NCBI GenBank assembly: GCA_031969975.1
Contig: DALYJI010000033.1
Coordinates: 4,095 to 32,065, forward strand
Direction: 5' to 3'
From: Coleofasciculaceae cyanobacterium CTOTU46613
Lineage (GTDB): Bacteria; Cyanobacteriota; Cyanobacteriia; Cyanobacteriales; Coleofasciculaceae
Length of the DNA stretch: 27,971 bases
Shown: piece after piece, positions 17,298 through 25,500 of the stretch
How positions within the stretch are numbered: position 1 is the stretch's first letter
How the letters are laid out: every line of letters starts with the position of its first letter
Program-made: the position numbers and the translations under genes
The notes under the pieces: generated by a model
Database searches by the model: none
What the model was told of the DNA's origin: nothing
Seen by the model: the letters and a program-made list of their open reading frames with translations, nothing else

Positions 17298-18860
17298 ATG
17301 CCAAAGGAAAGTCCAAACGTTAGCTTAGATGCCCTGATACCTAGAGAAGCTTTTGAAGTTCTAGGACAACAAAATCAAAACATAGGAAGAAATGTTCCTA
17401 TGATATCAATTCGAGATTTAGAACAAAATTCTTTCTTCTATCCATCTTTAAGGAAGCCAGATTTCCAGCGTGAAACTAATGAGTGGGATGCTGAGAAAAT
17501 ATGTGAGTTTATAGAAAGCTTTTTGGATGGAGATTTAATCCCAGCAGTTATTCTTTGGAGAAGTTCTGGTAGTGACTACTTTGTCATTGATGGCTCACAT
17601 AGACTAAGTTCTTTAATTGCTTGGATAAATGATGATTATGGTGATGGTAAAATTTCCAAAGAATTTTATGATGGAGACATCGCAGAAGAGCAGAAGAGTG
17701 CTGCTCAGATGGTAAGAAAATTGATTAATGAAAGGATAGGTTCTTACAAGCATTATCAATCTTTAACACAGCATCGAGGAGAAGTAGACCCAAAAATTCT
17801 TGATAGAGCAAGAAACTTAGGCGCTTTAGGTATACAGCTTCAGTGGGTTGAAGGTGATGTACGCAAAGCAGAAGATTCTTTCTTCAAAATCAACCAAAAA
17901 GCAGCGCCAATAGGTGAAACTGAGATACGTTTGTTACAAGCTCGAAATACACCTAATGGTGTTGCTACTCGTGCCATCATGAGAAGTGGTAACGGACATA
18001 AGTATTGGTCAGACTTTTCTCATGAGAAGCAAGAAAATATTGAGAAATTAGCTCAAGAAATACATCAACTCATTTTTGAACCTAAGCTGAAAAATCCTAT
18101 TAAGACTTTAGACGTACCAATAGTAGGAAATTTGTCATCTTCAGAAAAACTTGAATTAATATTAGAGTTTGTCAATATAGTTAATAATATAGAAGAAGAT
18201 AATCAATTGGGAAACGATTCAACGGGAGATAAGACAGTACAACTGTTAAGAAATTGCAAAAAAGTAGCTCAAAGGATAAATAGCAAAGACCCTTCATCTC
18301 TTGGTCTTCATCCAATAATATATTTCTATACGAGTGCTGGAAAGCCTAAAATTGGCTCATTTTATGGTGTTGTTGCCTTGATGTTAGATTTAGAAAAAAC
18401 TAAATCTTTTTCTAAGTTTATACAAATTAGAAAAGATTTTGAGTGGGTGATTTGGCAAGATGATATGGTTCCACAGATTGTCAGTAAGAGCAGTGCAGTA
18501 AAGGCGAGAGGAAAGGTTAAAGATTTTTATCGACAAATCATTGACAAATTATCTGAAGGAGTAGACAAGAAAAATGTCATGAAGGAGATAGTTGCTGAAA
18601 AAACATTTGGTTCTTTAAAAAGAAAAACAAAAGGGAATACCAGTGAAACCGCAAGTAAAGAATTTTCACGAGAGACAAAATCAGCAGCATTTATCAGAGA
18701 TACTTTACCTGGTTCTCCACGATGTAGAATTTGTGAGGGATATCTCCCCAGTAGCTTTTGCTCTATAGACCATAAAATAAGAAAAGCAGATGGTGGCTTA
18801 GGTACTTTAGAGAATGCCCAGTTGACTCACCCATACTGTAATACAACATTCAAAAATTGA
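17298..18860 (+). CDS. DUF262 (ParB/Srx-fold, GmrS-like) N-terminal domain fused to a C-terminal HNH (His-Me finger, Cys4 zinc) nuclease motif. This is a GmrSD/type IV restriction-like putative defence nuclease.
   Basis: N-terminus: DFQRETNEWDAEKICEFIESFLDGDLIPAVILW...YFVIDGSHRLSSL fits the DUF262 signature ((F/Y)QR...W...DGQQR(L)). C-terminus: CRICEGYLPSSFCSIDHKIRKADGGLGTLENAQLTHPYCN fits HNH (CxxC...DH...N...HxxC). The gene is AT-rich (about 35% GC by eye, against about 48% for the neighbours) and has no HIP1 sites. A strong SD sequence (AAAGGAG) lies 7 nt upstream of the ATG. Confidence 0.8.
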   Translation: MPKESPNVSLDALIPREAFEVLGQQNQNIGRNVPMISIRDLEQNSFFYPSLRKPDFQRETNEWDAEKICEFIESFLDGDLIPAVILWRSSGSDYFVIDGSHRLSSLIAWINDDYGDGKISKEFYDGDIAEEQKSAAQMVRKLINERIGSYKHYQSLTQHRGEVDPKILDRARNLGALGIQLQWVEGDVRKAEDSFFKINQKAAPIGETEIRLLQARNTPNGVATRAIMRSGNGHKYWSDFSHEKQENIEKLAQEIHQLIFEPKLKNPIKTLDVPIVGNLSSSEKLELILEFVNIVNNIEEDNQLGNDSTGDKTVQLLRNCKKVAQRINSKDPSSLGLHPIIYFYTSAGKPKIGSFYGVVALMLDLEKTKSFSKFIQIRKDFEWVIWQDDMVPQIVSKSSAVKARGKVKDFYRQIIDKLSEGVDKKNVMKEIVAEKTFGSLKRKTKGNTSETASKEFSRETKSAAFIRDTLPGSPRCRICEGYLPSSFCSIDHKIRKADGGLGTLENAQLTHPYCNTTFKN

Positions 18861-18980
18861 ATATTCCTAGACTAGCCATAAAATTAACCCTACAATTAAC
18901 TATGGCAATCGCTCGTGCGATCGCACCTCTATAGCAATTTTAAAATCAGCTTTCTGGTTGAAAAGCTCAACCAGATTCTA

Positions 18981-19016
18981 AACAAAAAGCCTCCCATTCA
19001 GGAGGCTTTATTCTCA
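18981..19016. terminator. Bidirectional rho-independent terminator between the convergent genes 17298..18860(+) and 19039..22179(-)
   Basis: An 8-bp GC-rich stem AAGCCTCC (18987-18994) / GGAGGCTT (19001-19008) with loop CATTCA. It is flanked by TATTCTC on the + strand and, on the - strand, by TTTTGTTT (complement of AACAAAAA at 18981-18988). Confidence 0.6.
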
Positions 19017-19038
19017 CATTATGTATGAAGTTGTGGCA

Positions 19039-22000
19039 TCAATAACCAAACATCGCTAAACCCCCTACGCCTAACACCCCAGCGAAAGCTGCAACTGCGA
19101 CGGAAGTAATCGCCGTACCAAACAACCACCAAGCTGCGGTTGCAGCGGCTTTTCGGGTTTCTTTCAGTTGCTTCTTAGCCTTATGTTTGAGTTCTTTAAC
19201 TCGTTTTTGAGCTTCCTCTTGCAGGCGTTCGGCGCGGCTGAGTATGCTATCGCGCATCCCTTCAATTTGGTTGACGATCCGATTAGCATCTGCCTGGGAG
19301 ATGTCCTCGCGGGAACTCAAGATCGCTACCAAGGTATCCCGATCGAATTGACTCAGCCGATCGCGCAGCGCTTCCAATCCCGCTTCTGGATCGTCAAACA
19401 GCTTGCGCAAGTCTCCCTTAATCCCTTCATAGTTTAGTTCGGGGCGATCGAGGGAGTTGAGGTAATTCCGGATTCTGCCAAAAATGCTGTCCATCGCAGA
19501 TTGGACTTGGTGTTGGACAGCTTGCACTTGTTCGACCAACTGATGGCGAACGGAGTCGATATTATCCGCAATTCGGTTCGCGTCCTCCTCGGAAATATCC
19601 TCCCGTTGCGATAGCAGTGCCACAAGGGTATCCCGATCGAACTGCGCAAGGCGATCGCTCACACTCTTCCACCCTGCTTGGGGGTCTTTAAATAACAGTT
19701 GCAAGTCTCGCTCGATCCCTTCGGGATTGAGTTCTTCTTTGTTGGTATTCCGCAAGTACTCTTCAAATTCGGCTCGGTAATCCCGTACCGTATCTTTAGC
19801 ACGACTGGCCAAGCGTCGCGGTGCTTTGATAATGCTGCGAATCGCATCCTGTACGCGATCGATAATCCGATTCACTTGCTCCTCGCTCAAGTTTTCCCGC
19901 TGACTAAGAAGTTTGACCAAGGTGTCCCGATCCACTTCCGAGAGCCGTTCGCGTAGTGCTAATGCTCCTGCTTTCGGGTCATCTAGGAGTTTTGCCAAAT
20001 CCTGCTTGATGCCTTCGGGGTCGAGTTCATCCAGATTGGTGTTCCGCAAATACTCGGCAATTTGATGCGTCAGGCGATCGTACTGCTCCTTAGCCTTACC
20101 TGTTAATTCTTGGGGTGCATTCAGGATGCGATCTCGCACTTCTAAGAAGCGATCAATAACCTGATTAATCTGTTCCTCACTCAAATCGCCGCGCTGACTT
20201 AACAATTGCACCAGCGTATCGCGGTCAAATTCCGAAAGCCTTTGCTGTAAAGCTTTTAGTCCTGCTTGGGAGTCATCTAGGATAGTTTGCAAACCTCGCT
20301 TGATGCCTTCAGGATTTAGTTCTTCTTTGTCGATCTCGCCCAGGTAGGATTCTATCGTTTGCCTGAACTCTTCTGCTTTAGATTTTGCTTGGTCTTGCAG
20401 ATTTTGAGCCTGTGACAAAATGCGATCGCGAGTGCTTTCCAGTCGCTCGACAATTTGATTCGCTTCCTCTTCACTCAGGTCTTGACGTGCTGCTTTAAGC
20501 ATCTGCACTAAGGTGTCGCGATCGAACTGCGAGAAGCGATCGCGCAGTGCATCAATACCAGCCTCTGGGTCTTCCAGAAGTGCTTGGAAATCGCGCTCAA
20601 TACCTTCTGGATTCAGTTCTTCTTTACCCGTCCCGGCTAGATAGTTTTCAACCCTACTACGGAGGTCTTGCGATCGCTGTTGACCTTCAGACTCTTGCAC
20701 CAAGTTATATACTTCCGTCCGCAGTTCTTCTAGCTGATCTGCAATCTCAGAAACGCGCTCGGAGTCGAAGTCACCCCGCTGATTCAGCAGTTGTACGAAG
20801 TAGTCTCGATTCAGTTGCTCTAGCTGCTGGCGAACGATGCCTGAAGCTGCTTCCACGTCATAGATAACGTCTCTAAATTCCTGTTTAATCGTCTCTCGAT
20901 TCAGGTGCCAAGGTTTGGAATTGAGCAGGTAGTTTTCAACATCTGCCTTAATTGTGTTGAAGGGTTGATGCAGTATCTGATCAGCAACCTGAGTGGAAAG
21001 GGTTTTAGCTTGCTCGGTTGCTTTATCTTTGAACTGTTGCAACTGGCTAGAAATTTTTTCCACATCTAGATCGGAGAGATCTGTCCGCGTCAGTACTCTA
21101 CCCACTAGAGCGCTAATACCCAGTTGCAAGGCTTGTTCCCCGAAGCCACCATTGCCATTACCGCCATCGGATTTGCTCGAGCCAACTCCAACTAGTTGTC
21201 CGAGCCTATCGCTAAGCCGATCGGAGGTTAGCTCTTCTGGACTGGCAGACTCAAGGAAATTGAGCAGTTTTGCCTGCGGATTAATCTGTTGTTGATGACC
21301 CAATACTTGCTGCCAAGCAGCTTCTAGTTGGTCTGCAATCCGATTAACGTCTTGTTTGGATAGATCTGTACGACTGCTAATTAAATCAACGAACGTCTGA
21401 CGGTTCACGTTTTGCAGAATGTCACTATCAGCAATAGACCTCAACTCCGAACCAATGAGCAAATTTTCAAAATCCTTGCGAATTTGTTTGAGGTCTAACT
21501 TGGGTATTTGCAGATCGGCGACGTAGTCTTGTAACGTCTCCCGGACGCGAGTCGGGTTAACCGCACCCCTCAATTCGCGGCGAACAGCAGCTACAGATGC
21601 ATCGACCGTATTGACAATCTGAGCGTTTGCCGCTCTGCCACCTAGAGCTGTAGCTACTACAGCCATGACTCCTTGCCAGCTTGAACCAGCTGTACTAGCA
21701 ACGGAACCTACAATAGAACCAATCCCCCTCGAACTAACCCACAGTAGCAGCAAGAAGTATGCTGACCAGATCACAACGCCTGTAATGCCTCCCAGAATCA
21801 GGCTGTTAATTAAGGTCAGTTTCACGGCCAGAAAACACGCCATGAATAAGGCAATGTTGACGGTAACTAAAGCCCATGCCCCTACCTTGGATTCAACTAC
21901 GCTAATCTTACCACCCCAGGTTTCGGCCTCCTCAGCCTCTAAGGGATTCTCCCCGGCTGAAATGCCTGCGGCGAGCGTGAAATTGGTTAACAAAAATTGG

Positions 22001-22179
22001 AAAGCAAACGCCATGAGTACCCCAGCAATCAAGGCGATAAAAAATTGCGATCCCGAAAAGACCAGTGCCCCCTGTTCTGGAGTATTAATGACTCCAGACG
22101 CGGTCGGATCTGATGGCATTTGGGCAAGCCAGAGTGGTGCGTTGCACAACCCTAGCAACATTCCCACACTTTGAAACAT
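19039..22179 (-). CDS. Large membrane protein of unknown function: an N-terminal polytopic TM region (~4-5 helices), then about 8 tandem ~100-aa alpha-helical repeats, then a C-terminal TM anchor
   Basis: 1046 aa. The N-terminal hydrophobic segments are FFIALIAGVLMAFAFQFLL, WALVTVNIALFMACFLAVKLTLI, ILGGITGVVIWSAYFLLLLWV and VMAVVATALGG. The repeat consensus is (E/R)NYL..T.KEELNPEGI..DL..LLDDP.AG..ALR.RLS.FDRDTLV.LLSQR.DLSEE..N.I.D.....R..IL; five well-conserved copies and three degenerate ones are visible. The C-terminal segment is AAWWLFGTAITSVAVAAFAGVLGVGGLAMFGY. Confidence 0.7.
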   Translation of the reverse strand: MFQSVGMLLGLCNAPLWLAQMPSDPTASGVINTPEQGALVFSGSQFFIALIAGVLMAFAFQFLLTNFTLAAGISAGENPLEAEEAETWGGKISVVESKVGAWALVTVNIALFMACFLAVKLTLINSLILGGITGVVIWSAYFLLLLWVSSRGIGSIVGSVASTAGSSWQGVMAVVATALGGRAANAQIVNTVDASVAAVRRELRGAVNPTRVRETLQDYVADLQIPKLDLKQIRKDFENLLIGSELRSIADSDILQNVNRQTFVDLISSRTDLSKQDVNRIADQLEAAWQQVLGHQQQINPQAKLLNFLESASPEELTSDRLSDRLGQLVGVGSSKSDGGNGNGGFGEQALQLGISALVGRVLTRTDLSDLDVEKISSQLQQFKDKATEQAKTLSTQVADQILHQPFNTIKADVENYLLNSKPWHLNRETIKQEFRDVIYDVEAASGIVRQQLEQLNRDYFVQLLNQRGDFDSERVSEIADQLEELRTEVYNLVQESEGQQRSQDLRSRVENYLAGTGKEELNPEGIERDFQALLEDPEAGIDALRDRFSQFDRDTLVQMLKAARQDLSEEEANQIVERLESTRDRILSQAQNLQDQAKSKAEEFRQTIESYLGEIDKEELNPEGIKRGLQTILDDSQAGLKALQQRLSEFDRDTLVQLLSQRGDLSEEQINQVIDRFLEVRDRILNAPQELTGKAKEQYDRLTHQIAEYLRNTNLDELDPEGIKQDLAKLLDDPKAGALALRERLSEVDRDTLVKLLSQRENLSEEQVNRIIDRVQDAIRSIIKAPRRLASRAKDTVRDYRAEFEEYLRNTNKEELNPEGIERDLQLLFKDPQAGWKSVSDRLAQFDRDTLVALLSQREDISEEDANRIADNIDSVRHQLVEQVQAVQHQVQSAMDSIFGRIRNYLNSLDRPELNYEGIKGDLRKLFDDPEAGLEALRDRLSQFDRDTLVAILSSREDISQADANRIVNQIEGMRDSILSRAERLQEEAQKRVKELKHKAKKQLKETRKAAATAAWWLFGTAITSVAVAAFAGVLGVGGLAMFGY

Positions 22180-22502
22180 AGTTTTTTCCTCTTTAAAGCT
22201 TGAGCAGGCGCAAAGTTAGCGTTATCCTCACCTTTCCCTCTTCTTGTAACGCCACAACACGCCTAACTTAATGTTTATCGCTAAAAACTGAACCTAACTC
22301 CCTCTAAGGTTTGAAAAGTGCCAGGACTTTTTGATATTTTATCTAACGTTGTTAAAAAAGTCTCCTTTATACCTTTAGGTGTACCCATATCTACTACTTT
22401 TGACGTAAAGCTTGCTATCCCAGCTTTCTTCTCTGGGAGGCTTCTAACTTGAAAGTCGGGAATCGGGAGTGGGAAATATTACTTTCATATCCTGAGATGC
22501 GT

Positions 22503-25500
22503 TTACTCAGGGCTAGCCGTCAAGTCAATAATTTCTTCAAACTGGAAGTTATTAACTAAATCCTTAAGCGCTTCGATGAGGGAAGCGTACTCTTGAGGAA
22601 TTTGCGCAACCAAGCCTAAAACTAGCTCGTCGTTACATGCCATGGCGGCATTGTGTAGTTGTACGACCCACTGGGTTGGTAGTTGAGCAAAGTAACGTTT
22701 AATTTCAGCCGATGTCATCATCTCTGGAGTATTTTGGCTAGCGCTTTGGGTGTTGATGGTTTGCTCTTCCCAAACGTAGATGGCCCCTAGGTGTTGGCTC
22801 ACTTTTTCTAGTAATACTTCCTCTCGAAATGGCTTGCCCACAAAATCATCACAGCCTGCTGACAAAATCATCTGTCGCTGATCCTCAAACGTGCTGGCTG
22901 TCAGGGCAATAATTTTAGTTTTGGGGCGCGGTAATTGGTGATAGGTAATTGTTGCTAGGGAAGCTTGTCCTGTAACGTGAGAATTTTGAGTTGGGAATTC
23001 CTCATCCCTCACTCTTTCCTGCTCCCTCGCTTTAATATAACGGGTGGCTTCATACCCATCCATGACTGGCATTCGCATATCCATGAAGATGAGGTGGGGT
23101 TGCCAAGTTGCCCACAACGCGATCGCTTCTCGTCCATTTTCTGCCTCTCGCACCAGAAAACCGATGGATGTGAATAGCGCGACTACTACTAGACGGCTCT
23201 CAAAGCGATCGTCAACTACTAAGATGCGATAGTCAGGTTGGTTTGGTGCTAAACCAGTTACTTGACATTTGGTTGGCGTTGTCTCAACATTAATGGCCTC
23301 AGTTAGCGCTACCTGGATATTAAAGGTAAAAATACTGCCCTTACCTAGGATACTGCTAATGCTGATATCTCCTCCCATGAGCTGAACGAATTTGCGGCTA
23401 ATTGGTAAGCCTAATCCAGTCCCTTGCTGAGATTTTCGGCCTGTTTCTGTTTGCCCGAAAGGTTCAAATAATAGGTCAATTTCAGTAGGAGCAATGCCGG
23501 AGCCTGTGTCTTCTATTTCAAATATAATGGTTGTTTGTTGTTGGTTGTTGGTTGTTGGTTGTTGGTTGTTTTTGGGAAGTTTTGCTCTTAAAAAGACATG
23601 TCCTTTGTTGGTAAATTTAATGGCATTTGAGAGGAGGTTAATTAAACAAGATCTTAGTTTGCCTTCATCGGTTTTTATGTAGTCGGGCAGGTTGGGAGCA
23701 ATTTCAAAAATTAGCTTTAAACCCTTGGATTCCGCTCTTAAGCGAAACATTTGTTTCACAGAGTCTAACAAGTGAATTAAGCTAAAGCAATTTTCCGACA
23801 AGGCAATTCTGCCTGCCTCGATTTTGGACATTTCTAGGACATCGTTGATTAAATCTAACAGATGCTCGCCAGCGCGATTAATAATTCCCAAGTATTGCTG
23901 ATGCTTAGCAGACAGGGATGAATCGCGATTCATGATTTGAGTAAAGCCGAGGATGGCGTTGAGTGGAGTACGTAATTCGTGGCTCATATTTGCTAAAAAT
24001 TCGCTTTTAGCGCGGTTGGCGGCATCGGCGGCATAGACAGCTTGTTGCAGTGCTGTTGACTGTCTTTGGGTTTCTTCTAGCAGTTCTGCCTGTTGTAAGG
24101 CAACTCCTAGCTGATTGCCAATTTGCACAACGATATTAATTTCTGCTGTTTTCCATTGGCGGGCACCAGAATTTTGATAGGTTGCTAGTAATCCCCAAAG
24201 TTGACTGCGGCAGAAAATCGGTACGGTAACGTAGGCTCTCGCTTGAAATTGCTCTAACAGCTGAACGTAACAGCTGGGAAACTCCGCCTGATAAATGTCT
24301 GGAACGCACAGGTAATTTACACCTTGGCGGTAAGCACCGCCTTTGGTGTCTTGCAGGTAAGTGTCTCGTACTAGGTCATCAATGCTAGTTAAATTTTTTA
24401 CATGACAAAGAGAGTCTTCTAGAGTATTTTCTGTAAAGGTAGCGTCATAGTGTTGCTGCCTCATGAGAGAAATCCACTTACCCCCTACCGACTCGGCAAC
24501 GAACTCTCCACTCCAGTCGGGATTGAACCGATAGACGACAACGCGATCGCAATTAATCACTTGGCGCAATTCTTGGGTGGTAGCGGTGAATATCGCTTCG
24601 ATATCCAAGGTTTGGCGCATTCTTTGGATGACTTTAGCGATCGCTCTTTCCCGCTGAGCCATCTGTCGCAGGGTTTCTTCTGCCTGTTTGCGTTCGGTGA
24701 TGTCCCGTCCTTCCGCAACTAGGAACATCACGTTATGACTGGAGTCCAAGACGGGTTTGACGGAAAAGTCAATGGTGGTAAAGGTGTATCCTGCACCTCG
24801 AATATCAACTTCATAACGAACAATGCTACCTGCCGCAGCACGAGTGATCGCTTCTTGCAATTGTTGCTGTTTTGGCGACAGACGAGGCGCGTTCTTTCTG
24901 GGATACTTGCTTGTCTTTTTACGTTTTCCAGGTTCAGTCCACCATCGGGTTTCCCAAAATGGACTCCCAACTGCCTCGGATAGTTCACTCCCAGCAAAGT
25001 CAAGAGCCGTTTGATTGGCATCTAGCAGGGTGCCATCGGGTTGTAATACTGCTGTAAATTGGAAACTGGAATTAAAAATAGCGCGAAATCGCTGTTCGCT
25101 CTCGCTGAGCGCAGCTTCGGCTTGTTTCTTGTCGCTAATATCAAAAATTACGCCATCAAGCCATAGTAGTACCCCGGTGGCATCAAAAATGCCTCTGCCT
25201 TTTTCGTAAACCCAAGCAATGCTGCCATCGGCTCGCATCATTCGATAATCGATCAGGAAAGGTTGTCTATTGGCTACACTTTCCCAGACTATTCTCTGAA
25301 CCTGATGTCGATCGTCGGGATGGATGATACTGGCAAAGGTGCGCACTTGATTGTTAATAAAATCGTTGGGTGGATAACCGGAAATTTCTAAAATGGCCGA
25401 GCTGATGAACGCCATCGTCCAGTCAGCATCGCAAAGGCAGCGGTAAACAGCGCCAGGGATATTGGAGACTAATGTTCTAAACCGTTCTTCTCGTTCTCGC

